Part shown: one piece after another, positions 53,673 to 61,913 of the stretch
How the letters are laid out: each line of letters starts with the position of its first letter
How positions within the stretch are numbered: position 1 is the stretch's first letter
Origin: Myxococcota bacterium
GTDB lineage: Bacteria > Myxococcota_A > UBA9160 > SMWR01
Length of the DNA: 64,000 bases
Reading direction: 5' to 3'
NCBI GenBank assembly: GCA_036560145.1
Contig: DATBRV010000009.1
Coordinates: 16,189 to 80,188, forward strand
Made by a program: the position numbers and the translations under genes
Notes under the pieces: generated by a model
Database searches by the model: none
What the model was told of the DNA's origin: nothing
Seen by the model: the letters and a program-made list of their open reading frames with translations, nothing else

Positions 53673-55241
53673 CTAGTCCGTCTCGCCGTGGATCGCGTGC
53701 ACGAAGGCCGCGCGCAGGGCGGCGCGGATGTGCGTCTGCGAGGCGCCCCCGTAGACCTTGCGGAAGGCCCGCAGCGGGATGATGCCCTTGGCCATCGAGC
53801 GATGGCCGCCGCCCACGCCGAGGCCTTCGACCACCGCGCGGACCACGTCGCCCGCGGCGCGCACGTAGCCGACGTTGCGCACCGAGAAGACCAGATCCGA
53901 GCCGACGATGCCGGCGGCGATCGCCCACTCGGCGCCCTCCGCCTGGAGGCCCATGTCGGCGACCTGCGGGATCACGTCCTCGCGCACGCGGCCGAGCACC
54001 AGCAGATGGATGCCGTCCTCCACGTGGCTGGTGGCGAGCGCGCGCCCGAGCGCGCGCAGGCCGTCGGCCGGGAGCGCGGGGCGCTCGATCCGGCGCAGCA
54101 GCGCGGGGCTGTGACACGCGTGCAGGTAGGCGAAGGCGGCGATGTCCTGGCGGCTCGTCTCGCGGCCGAGGAGCTGGGTATCGCTCTTGATGCCGTAGAC
54201 GAGCGCGGTGGCGAGACGCGGGCGGAGCTCGATCTCGGAGGCGCGCACGTACTCGGTGAGGATCGTCGAGGTGGCGCCATAAGTAGGCCTGATGTCCTTG
54301 ATCACGGCGTCGTACCCCGGGCGCTCCGGATGGTGGTCGATCACCAGATCGACCGAGCGCAGCCGCGCCGGCGGATCCTCGCCGAACACCGTGGGCTGTA
54401 CGTCGAGCAGCGCCAGCGCGTCGAACTCGACGAACTCCTCGGCCGTGATGGTGCGCACGTCGATCCCGAGCGCGGCCACCATCGCGCGGTTCTCCGGGCG
54501 CGTCACCTCGCCGAAGGAGATCAGCGGCGCGGTCGGGCGCTTGCGGCCGAGCAGCGCGCGCAGCGCATAGCCGCAGGCGATCCCATCCGGGTCCGGATCG
54601 GGCTGGAGCAGGATGCCGAGCTTCTCGCGCGGCTCCATCAGCGCGCGCAGCTCCACCACCCGGCGCAGGTTCTCGAGGTGCGCGAACTCCTCTTCGATGT
54701 CGTCCCGGATCAGGGAGCGCAGGCCCGTGCGCAGCAAACAACGGTCGGAGGGCAGCTCCTCGTCGTCGACCCGATCCGAGAGCAGCAGCACGGGGGCTTC
54801 CGGCGCCGCCTCACGCACCGCCACCAGCGCGGCGCGCACGAAGGCGAGATCCTCGCTCACGATCGCGAAGCCGTCGCCGGTCTTGAAATCGAGCTTCGCG
54901 ATCGCCTCGGCCGAGAGGCCGCCCGGAAGCGCGTGGAATCCCGGCGGACGGAAGCGCGATTCCTTCTCGCGAGGCACCCAGCTCAGCACCTCGTCGGGGC
55001 TGGAGCCGATCTGGCTCCACAGGCGCGCGTGCTCCGCCCCATCGCACAGGATGACGCGACTCGACAAGTGACCCCCGAGCTCGATCGGCGCCTCGGCAGG
55101 CGCAGGCCCTGGAGGGGGAGCCCGCCTGGGTGGCGGCAGTGTAGCCGGATCGGCGGGTGGACGAGAAAGCTGTTGTCCCCGCGGGGTAGCGACGGCCGCG
55201 GCCGCGCCGGTGGTTATGCTTGGGCATCTCATGCAACCCAT
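53673..55241 (-). CDS. DHH/DHHA1 family phosphoesterase (NrnA-like) with an extra N-terminal domain
   Basis: Contains DPDPDGIACG, VIDHHP and GGGHRSMAKG. The ATG at 55241 would overlap the divergent apaH gene, so a TTG at 55067 (LSSRVILCDG) is a plausible true start. Confidence 0.75.
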   Translation of the reverse strand: MGCMRCPSITTGAAAAVATPRGQQLSRPPADPATLPPPRRAPPPGPAPAEAPIELGGHLSSRVILCDGAEHARLWSQIGSSPDEVLSWVPREKESRFRPPGFHALPGGLSAEAIAKLDFKTGDGFAIVSEDLAFVRAALVAVREAAPEAPVLLLSDRVDDEELPSDRCLLRTGLRSLIRDDIEEEFAHLENLRRVVELRALMEPREKLGILLQPDPDPDGIACGYALRALLGRKRPTAPLISFGEVTRPENRAMVAALGIDVRTITAEEFVEFDALALLDVQPTVFGEDPPARLRSVDLVIDHHPERPGYDAVIKDIRPTYGATSTILTEYVRASEIELRPRLATALVYGIKSDTQLLGRETSRQDIAAFAYLHACHSPALLRRIERPALPADGLRALGRALATSHVEDGIHLLVLGRVREDVIPQVADMGLQAEGAEWAIAAGIVGSDLVFSVRNVGYVRAAGDVVRAVVEGLGVGGGHRSMAKGIIPLRAFRKVYGGASQTHIRAALRAAFVHAIHGETD

Positions 55242-56073
55242 CTTCGTCGGCGACGTTCAGGGCTGCTCCGAGGAGCTCGCCGAGCTGGTCGCGCGCGCGC
55301 GGGCCGCCTACGGCGAGGGCTTCGAGCTGTGGCTGGTGGGGGACCTGATCAACCGGGGACCCGGAAACCTCGCGGTGCTGCGGGAGGTGCGCGCGCTGGT
55401 CGACGCCGGCCGCGCGCGCTGCGTGCTCGGCAACCACGAGATCGGCCTGCTGCTGACGGCGGCCGGCCTGCGCGAGCGCAAGCCGCTCGACAGCTTCGTG
55501 GATGTGCTGGGCGCGCCGGACGCCGGGGATTGGCTCTCCTGGTTGCGGAAGCGGCCGCTGCTCGAGACCGGCCAGCTCGGCGGCCAGCGCTTCGCCATGG
55601 TCCACGCCTCCGTGCATCCGGACTGGAGCCTCGCCGAGCTCGAGCGCCGCGCGCGGCGGGTCGAGGCGCGCCTTGCTGCGGAAGACCCGCGCGAGGCCGC
55701 CGCGCTGCTGGCCGCGGATCCGGGGCGCGATCCGGACCGCGATCTGCTCGGCCGGCTGACGCAGGCGCGCAGCGTCACGCGCGCGGGCGGCTGGTCGTCC
55801 GAGCTTCCCGGCGGCGAGCTCGAGCCGTGGCACCAGCGCTGGTCGGCGCGCGGCCATGACTACTGCGTGGTGTATGGCCACTGGGCCTTGCAGGGGCTGC
55901 ACGTCGAGCCGCGGCTGCGCGGGCTCGACACCGGATGCGTGCACCACGGTCGCGGGCGCGAAGGAGCGCTGACGGCGTGGATCCCGGATCCGAGCCAGCC
56001 TGCGCCGTTCGACGTTCCCGACGGCCGCTTCTGGCACATCCCCGCGCGCCGCATGTATTACCAGGCGCCTTGA
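55231..56073 (+). CDS. apaH: Symmetrical bis(5'-nucleosyl)-tetraphosphatase
   Basis: MQPIFVGDVQGC...WLVGDLINRGP...LGNHE...GHWA...LDTGC is collinear with the remembered E. coli ApaH. Confidence 0.85.
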   Translation: MQPIFVGDVQGCSEELAELVARARAAYGEGFELWLVGDLINRGPGNLAVLREVRALVDAGRARCVLGNHEIGLLLTAAGLRERKPLDSFVDVLGAPDAGDWLSWLRKRPLLETGQLGGQRFAMVHASVHPDWSLAELERRARRVEARLAAEDPREAAALLAADPGRDPDRDLLGRLTQARSVTRAGGWSSELPGGELEPWHQRWSARGHDYCVVYGHWALQGLHVEPRLRGLDTGCVHHGRGREGALTAWIPDPSQPAPFDVPDGRFWHIPARRMYYQAP

Positions 56074-56579
56074 AGCCTAGATTTTTCTTGCCGCACCGAC
56101 GGAACGGGCGTAGCATCGACGGCGTACGCGATGCGCGGTGTGGAGGAAGCCGAGGTCTCGTTCCCGCCGACCCCATGACCCGCCGCGAGGGTCGCGTACC
56201 GATGGTCGTGTCGGAGGGAGCGAGCAGAGGTCCGCACGGCAAACGGAGCCGATGAGCCCGAATGCCCGCGGACACAGGCGCGGGAAGCCTTCCCGGACCC
56301 GGGAGCTTCCAACGTACATGCGGAGACCGAGGGTAGGGATCATCGGTTGACGCTTGCGGCGGCGCCCTCGTCGACATGACGAGAGCCGGCTCGCCCTGGT
56401 GGTCGACGAACCCCCCCGAGGCCGCGTGCGGCGCGCGTTGCTCGCGGGCTTCGTCCCACGGAGTGACATGCGCGCGCCGTTCGACGCTCCGCTGAACCCA
56501 ATGGGCCTGCCCCGTCGGAGGCCCGGGAAGGGCCCGCGACCTCGGTGATCTCACACGCCCCTCGGATCCGAGCACCACG

Positions 56580-56969
56580 ATGACCAGGCAGTTCATCAAT
56601 CCGCCGGGGATGCCGGCGCCGCGCGGCTACTCGTACGCGGTCAAGAAGACCGGGACGCCCGTCTTCATCTCCGGCCAGGTCGCCATCGACGGGCGCGATC
56701 AGGTGGTGGGCGAGGGCGACGCGGCCGCCCAGGTCGAGCAGGTGTTTCGCAACCTGCGCACGGTCGTCGAGGCGAGCGGCGGGACGCTCGACGACATCGT
56801 CAAGCTCAACGTCTACGTCACGGACGCCGCCTACCGGCCGGCGGTGGTGGCGGCGCGACAGCGGCACTTCCAGGAAGGCCGCTATCCCGCCAGCACCTAC
56901 GTCGTGGTCACCGCGCTGGCGATCCCCCAGCTGCTGGTGGAGATCGAAGCGGTCGCGATGATCGGCTGA
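56580..56969 (+). CDS. ridA: RidA family protein
   Basis: 129 aa. Contains YSYAVKKTGTPVFISGQVA, KLNVYVTD and the C-terminal LLVEIEAVA. Confidence 0.9.
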   Translation: MTRQFINPPGMPAPRGYSYAVKKTGTPVFISGQVAIDGRDQVVGEGDAAAQVEQVFRNLRTVVEASGGTLDDIVKLNVYVTDAAYRPAVVAARQRHFQEGRYPASTYVVVTALAIPQLLVEIEAVAMIG

Positions 56970-56972
56970 GGC

Positions 56973-57344
56973 TCAGGGCGCGGGCGTCGGCGCGGGCTCG
57001 TGCGGGTCGTTCCCCATGCCGTGGCCCGGGTGCTTGCGCTCGCGCATCTGCTGCTTCATCTCCTGGCACCTGGCCGGATCCGCCTCGCACTTCGCCTTCA
57101 TCTCCGCCCGGCGCTGCTTCATCTGAGCCCGCTGTTCCTGGCACTTCTCGGGGTTCTGCTTGCAGAACTCGCGGCGCTTGGCGCGGGCTTCCTCGCACTT
57201 GCCCGGGTTCTCCTTGCAGAATTGCCACGCTGGCCTGGGGCCGGGCGACGACGGGGGCGGGGCGTCCTCCGCGAACGCGATCGCCGCGCCGAGCAGCAGG
57301 CCGGCGACGCCGGCGAGTCCAAGAACGGTCCGATGACGATGCAT
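56973..57344 (-). CDS. Secreted Cys-repeat protein (3x C-x2-[ND]-P-x2-C-[EQ]-E) with a His-rich tail
   Basis: A signal peptide ends in AFA-ED. The repeats are CKENPGKCEE, CKQNPEKCQE and CEADPARCQE, followed by HPGHGMGNDPHEP. The gene starts 48 nt downstream of modC on the same strand. Confidence 0.6.
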   Translation of the reverse strand: MHRHRTVLGLAGVAGLLLGAAIAFAEDAPPPSSPGPRPAWQFCKENPGKCEEARAKRREFCKQNPEKCQEQRAQMKQRRAEMKAKCEADPARCQEMKQQMRERKHPGHGMGNDPHEPAPTPAP

Positions 57345-57392
57345 GCGGCTTCTCCTCGAGGATACGAACCCGCGAGCGGGGCGGAGGTTGCG

Positions 57393-58469
57393 TCAGGCGA
57401 TCCGCCGCAGCGCCTGCGCCTTGATCAGCGCGTGCACCTGGCTTCCCGGGCGCAGCCCCAGCCTCTCGACCGCGCCGGCCGTCAGCCGGGCGACCAGCCG
57501 TTCGCCGGCGTCGAGCGTAACCGAAGCGTCGCCCTGCGCGAGTTCGATCTTGTCCACCCGCGCCGCCAGCACGTTGCGCGCGGAGACGCGGCCGGGGGGA
57601 TCGGCGCTCAGCAGCACGTCGTGGGCGCGCAGGGAGAGACACACGCGCTCGCCGATCGGGAGCGCCACCGGCAGCACCAGGCGCAGACCGCGGGGGGTCT
57701 CGACGCTGCACTCGAGAGCGCTGGTCGAGACCACGCGCGCGTCGATCGAGTTCTCGAGCCCGAGCGCCTCGGAGAGGGGGAGCACCGCCCGGCTCCAGAG
57801 CACCTCGCGCGGCGGACCCGTCGCGACCAGGCGTCCACGCTCGATGACGACCGCGATCTCGCCCGCCACCTGCGCTTCGTCCGGGTCGTGCGTGATCCAC
57901 AGGATCGGGATCTCCAGCTCGTCGCGCATCCGCAGCAGATGGCGCAGCACGCGGGCCCGCAGCGGCAGGTCGAGCGAGGCGAGCGGCTCGTCGAGCAGCA
58001 GCGCGCGGGGTCGGGAGGCGAGCGCGCGGGCGATCGCGACGCGCTGGCGCTCGCCGCCCGAGAGCTCGTGCGCGCGGCGTCCCAGCAGGTCCCCGATCTC
58101 GAGCGCCTCGATCGCGCGCGCGAGCGTTCCGTCCCCGGAGAGATCGGCGCCACGTCCGGCGGCGAAGCGCAGATTGCCTTCCACGCCGAGGTGCGGGAAG
58201 AGCAGCGCGTGTTGCGGAACCCAGCCGAGGCGACGCGCCTCCGGGCGCAGGCGCAGACCCCGCTCGGCGTCGTCGAGCCAGCTGCCCCCCACGCGGATCC
58301 GGGCGGCGCCCGCGGGCAGCAGGCCGAGCACCGCCTCCAGCAGGGTCGACTTTCCCGAGCCGCTCGGGCCGAAGATCACGGCCACCCGGGCGTCCCAAGA
58401 CAAATTGACGTCGAGCGAGAACGCTCCGCGCGAGATCGCGACGCGGATCTGCGTAGCTGCCTCGCTCAT
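57393..58469 (-). CDS. modC: Molybdate ABC transporter ATP-binding protein
   Basis: The ORF was trimmed to MSEAATQIRV... Contains the Walker A GPSGSGKST, the signature LSGGERQRV and a C-terminal TOBE-like domain. Confidence 0.9.
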   Translation of the reverse strand: MSEAATQIRVAISRGAFSLDVNLSWDARVAVIFGPSGSGKSTLLEAVLGLLPAGAARIRVGGSWLDDAERGLRLRPEARRLGWVPQHALLFPHLGVEGNLRFAAGRGADLSGDGTLARAIEALEIGDLLGRRAHELSGGERQRVAIARALASRPRALLLDEPLASLDLPLRARVLRHLLRMRDELEIPILWITHDPDEAQVAGEIAVVIERGRLVATGPPREVLWSRAVLPLSEALGLENSIDARVVSTSALECSVETPRGLRLVLPVALPIGERVCLSLRAHDVLLSADPPGRVSARNVLAARVDKIELAQGDASVTLDAGERLVARLTAGAVERLGLRPGSQVHALIKAQALRRIA

Positions 58470-59140
58470 CGGCTCCTGCCCTGGGGCCGCAGCCAGCTCT
58501 CGGCGATCAACATCGCCGCGAGCGCGATCGCGAAGGAGATGGCGCAGAGCGCGAGCGCGCCGCCGTCTTCGCCCAGCTGCACCCGCGCGTAGATCCCGAG
58601 CGCGAGCGTCTCGGTGCGCCCCGGCAGGATGCCGGCGACCAGCGCGGTGGCGCCGAACTCGCCGAGCGCGCGCGTGAAGGCGAGCAGCGCGCCGTAGATC
58701 ACGCCGCGGCGCGCGAGCGGGAGCGTCACGCGCAAAAAGGCTTGCAGCGGCGAGAGCCCGAGCGTGCGCGCGAGCCGCTCGTAGCCGGGATCCACCGCGG
58801 CGAAGGCCTGCTCGCAGGCGCGCGCCAGCAGCGGGAAGCCCACCGCGGCCGCCGCGATCGCGGCGGCCCACCAGGTGAAGACCAGCTCGACCCCGAGCGC
58901 GGACCAGAGCGGGCCGAGCGGACCGCGGCGGCCGAGCAGCAGCAGCAGCGCGAGGCCCACCGCGACCGGCGGAAGCACCATCGGCAGCGCGATCACGGCC
59001 TGCACCAGGGCCTTGCCGCGAAAGCTCCGGCGCGCGAGCAGCAGCCCCGTCGCGATCCCGGGCAGCAGGATCGCGGCGGTCGCGACGGCGCCGACGCGCA
59101 GCGTGAGGCCGGTGATCTCCGCGATCTCGGCGCCGCTCAA
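58466..59140 (-). CDS. modB: Molybdate ABC transporter permease
   Basis: The TTG start overlaps the modA TGA. Contains the EAA-loop region ARTLGLSPLQAFLRVTLPLARRG and the family block RALGEFGAT. Confidence 0.85.
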   Translation of the reverse strand: MSGAEIAEITGLTLRVGAVATAAILLPGIATGLLLARRSFRGKALVQAVIALPMVLPPVAVGLALLLLLGRRGPLGPLWSALGVELVFTWWAAAIAAAAVGFPLLARACEQAFAAVDPGYERLARTLGLSPLQAFLRVTLPLARRGVIYGALLAFTRALGEFGATALVAGILPGRTETLALGIYARVQLGEDGGALALCAISFAIALAAMLIAESWLRPQGRSR

Positions 59141-59901
59141 GGCGCCGGATCGCCGGGCGGCGGCGGGAAGCCCGCGGCCTCGAAGTCCCGGCGCGCGGCG
59201 GGATCGCCGAGCTCGGCGAGGAATGCACCCGCCAGAGCGGGCGCGCGGCCGCTCGTGAGCAGGGCCGCGACGTAGACGATGCGCGGCTGCTCCGCCTCCG
59301 GCGGCGTGAAGGCGACCCGCGCCGAGCGCGCGGCCTTCACGTCGGTGGCGTAGACGATGCCGGCGTCGGCGTTTCCCGCGTCCACCGCCGCCAGCGTCGC
59401 GCGCGCGTGCTCGGTGGCGACGAAGCGCGGCGCGAGAGCCTCCAGGATTCCCCTGCCGGCCAGCCACTCGCGCGCGTAATGACCCACCGGCACCGCGCGC
59501 TCCGCGAGCGCGATCCGGCGCACCTCGGGCCGCGCGAGGTCGGCGGCGCTCTCGATCGGCGCCTTCAGATCCGCCGAGGCGACCACGACCAGCCGATTGC
59601 CGGCGATCGTCTTGCGGCTGCCCGCGCGCACCAGACCCGCCGCCGCGAGCGCGTCGATGCTCTCCTCGTCGGCCGCGAGGAAGACGTCGAACGGCGCGCC
59701 TGCCCTCGCCTGCGCGGAGAGCGCGCTGGAGGCGCCGAAGGCGAGCTGCACCTGCGCGCCCGCGTGCGCCGCCTCGAAGCGCTCGGCGATCGCCTCCAGC
59801 GGCCCGCGCAGGCTCACCGCCGCCGCGACCAGCAGCTCCTCGGCGGCGGCCGGCTTCGCCGCGATCGCGGCCAGAGCCAGGCTGATGCAGAGCCTTCGCA
59901 T
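59137..59901 (-). CDS. modA: Molybdate ABC transporter substrate-binding protein
   Basis: Has a signal peptide, then LLVAAAVSLRGPLEAI...FGASSALSAQ...DVFLAAD...AGIVYATD. Confidence 0.9.
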   Translation of the reverse strand: MRRLCISLALAAIAAKPAAAEELLVAAAVSLRGPLEAIAERFEAAHAGAQVQLAFGASSALSAQARAGAPFDVFLAADEESIDALAAAGLVRAGSRKTIAGNRLVVVASADLKAPIESAADLARPEVRRIALAERAVPVGHYAREWLAGRGILEALAPRFVATEHARATLAAVDAGNADAGIVYATDVKAARSARVAFTPPEAEQPRIVYVAALLTSGRAPALAGAFLAELGDPAARRDFEAAGFPPPPGDPAP

Positions 59902-59981
59902 GCGAGCCCTCCGGCCAGCGCGTGGCCGCGCGGCAGCGACGTGCGAGGATAGGCGAGGCAGGCATCCAGGGGAGGGCGGGC

Positions 59982-61133
59982 GTGGAATCCGTCGAGCTGC
60001 GGATCGACGAGCTCGCGGCAGGCGGAGACGGCGTCGGGCGCGGGCCCGACGGACGCGTCGTCTTCGTCCCGTTCACCGCGCCCGGAGACTTCGTCCGCGT
60101 GCGCGTGACGGAGAGCCGAGCGCGCTTCGCGCGCGCCCGCGTGGAGGCCCTGCTCGAGCCAGGCCCGCAGCGCTGCGACCCCGTCTGCCCCGTCTTCGGC
60201 TCCTGCGGCGGCTGCGCCTGGCAACACGTCGCCTATCCCGCGCAGCTCGCCGCCAAGGCGCGGATCCTCGAGGACGCCCTGCGCCGGCTCGGCCGCCTCG
60301 AGCCGCCCGGAAGCGTCGAGGTGATGGCGTCGCCCTCCGCCTACGGCTACCGCAGCCGCGCTCGCGTGCTCGTGCAAGCCGGGCGGGTCGGGTTCCGGCG
60401 GCTGCGCTCGCACGCCGTCTGCGCCACCAGCCGGTGTCCCGTGCTGCTCCCCGCGCTCGACGAGAAGCTGCACGAGCTCGCGCAGCGGCCGCCTTCCCGC
60501 GACGGCGAGTGGGAGCTGGCGTGGGGCGACGGCTCGGCGCGCGCCGTGCCGCTGGCGGCGCCCGGCCTCGAGCGGATCGCGATGCAGGTGGCGGGCGAGC
60601 GGATCGGCATCTCGCCGGGCGTCTTCGCGCAGGCGAACGCGCTGCTGCTGCCGGCGCTGGCGGCGCGGCTGCTCGCCCTCGCCGGAGCCGGCGGCCGCGC
60701 GCTCGAGCTCTACTCTGGAGCCGGCTGCTTCACGCTGCCGCTCGCGCGCCGCTTCGAGCAGCTGGTCGCGCTGGAAGCGAGCCCGGACGCGGCGCGCGAC
60801 CTGCGCGCGAACCTCACGGACGCCCGGATTGAGAACGTCGAGGTGCTCGCCGAGACGCTCGAGAGCGCGCTCGCGCGGGGGGGCTTCGCCGCGCTCGCGC
60901 CCGAGGCGCTGGTGCTCGATCCGCCGCGCGCCGGGTTGCCGGAGGGAGCGGCCGAGACGCTGGCGGGGCTCGCCCCCGCGCGCGTCGTCTACCTCTCCTG
61001 CGACCCGGCCACGCTGGCACGCGATCTCGCGTCATTCGCGCTGCGCGGCTACGCGCTGCGCAGCCTGGAGGGCTTCGACCTGTTTCCGCAGACGCCTCAC
61101 GTCGAGGCGCTGGCGCTGCTCGAACGGGATTGA
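59982..61133 (+). CDS. TRAM-domain, Fe-S, SAM-dependent RNA (uracil-5)-methyltransferase (RlmD/TrmA family)
   Basis: The GTG at 59982 follows a GGGGAGGG SD. Contains the Cys cluster CPVFGSCGGCAWQH, FAQAN, LDPPRAGL and YLSCDPATLARD. The ORF track starts it at 59922. Confidence 0.8.
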   Translation: MESVELRIDELAAGGDGVGRGPDGRVVFVPFTAPGDFVRVRVTESRARFARARVEALLEPGPQRCDPVCPVFGSCGGCAWQHVAYPAQLAAKARILEDALRRLGRLEPPGSVEVMASPSAYGYRSRARVLVQAGRVGFRRLRSHAVCATSRCPVLLPALDEKLHELAQRPPSRDGEWELAWGDGSARAVPLAAPGLERIAMQVAGERIGISPGVFAQANALLLPALAARLLALAGAGGRALELYSGAGCFTLPLARRFEQLVALEASPDAARDLRANLTDARIENVEVLAETLESALARGGFAALAPEALVLDPPRAGLPEGAAETLAGLAPARVVYLSCDPATLARDLASFALRGYALRSLEGFDLFPQTPHVEALALLERD

Positions 61134-61149
61134 CTCCGGCCCGGCCTGG

Positions 61150-61221
61150 GTGAACTCCGCTCGCCTGCGGCCGGCCCGAATGAACTCCGCTCGCCTTCGG
61201 CTCGCTGCGCGCTTCGCTTGC
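61150..61221 (+). repeat. Dispersed intergenic repeat, 0.5 + 1 copies, composite form
   Basis: GTGAACTCCGCTCGCCTGCGGCCGGCC, then CGAATGAACTCCGCTCGCCTTCGGCTCGCTGCGCGCTTCGCTTGC. The flank GCGCGCGGGCTCCGCC resembles the locus at 12945. Confidence 0.85.
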
Positions 61222-61281
61222 GCGCGCGGGCTCCGCCGCGCTTGCCGGACTCTTCGGCGATTGCTTGCTACGGTATCGACC

Positions 61282-61908
61282 GTGTCGCGGGATCCCCACC
61301 TTGGCGGTGGCGAATCTCCCGAGCCCTTCCTGCTCTTCGTGGAGGGCGCTCGGGATCGCGGCATTCTCGAGGGCTGGTCGCAGCGGCACTTTCCGTCGCT
61401 CACGCGCCCCCTCTCGCATGCCTCCGTGATCCTCGGCGGGCGCCAGCCGGCCCGCGCGGTCGAGCGCTTCCGCCGCCTGAGCTCCCAGAGAGAGGGGGCG
61501 CGCGCGCTGTGCGTGCTCGACCGCGACGACGGCAGCGCGCCCAGCCCGCCGGACGCGAGCCTGCCCGGGCTCGAGTTCTTCACCTGGAGCCGGCGGCACA
61601 TCGAGAGCTACCTGCTCGTCCCCGCCGCGATCCGCCGCGCCCTGCGGCTGCGTGACGCCGACCCGAGGATCGATCGCGTCCTGCGCGACCACCTCCCGGC
61701 CGCCGGCGACGAGTCTGCTTATCGCGCGCTCGACGCCAAACGCCTGCTCGGTTCGAACGGAGTCTTGCCCCGGGCGCTCGGCTGCGCCATCCCGCTCGGC
61801 CAGGTCGCGCGCGCGACCCGCGCCGAGGAGTTGCACGCCGACGTGCATGCCCTCTTCGTCCGCCTGCGCGGAAAGCTCGCGAGCGCGGGCGTCCGCGGCC
61901 TATCCTGA
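61282..61908 (+). CDS. Stand-alone Toprim-like DUF4435 domain protein
   Basis: The GTG at 61282 is the first in-frame start. Contains LLFVEGARD (Toprim Glu), CVLDRDD (DxD) and WSRRHIESYLL, matching my memory of DUF4435. The product is about 208 aa. Confidence 0.6.
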   Translation: MSRDPHLGGGESPEPFLLFVEGARDRGILEGWSQRHFPSLTRPLSHASVILGGRQPARAVERFRRLSSQREGARALCVLDRDDGSAPSPPDASLPGLEFFTWSRRHIESYLLVPAAIRRALRLRDADPRIDRVLRDHLPAAGDESAYRALDAKRLLGSNGVLPRALGCAIPLGQVARATRAEELHADVHALFVRLRGKLASAGVRGLS

Positions 61909-61913
61909 GCCGG

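Noticed and set aside
56074-56579. Possible tmRNA or RNase P RNA, given the size (about 400-500 nt), the structure, and fragments such as GGGCGTAGCATCGACGG and TGGTGGTCGACGAACCCCCCC.
   Set aside because: There is no GGGG...CCACCA acceptor pairing, no T-arm (GGTTCGAnTCC with complementary stems) and no tag ORF ending in AA-stop. The universal RNase P motifs GAGGAAAGTCC and ACAGAA..GGCTTA are also absent on both strands. It is kept only as an unclassified structured region.
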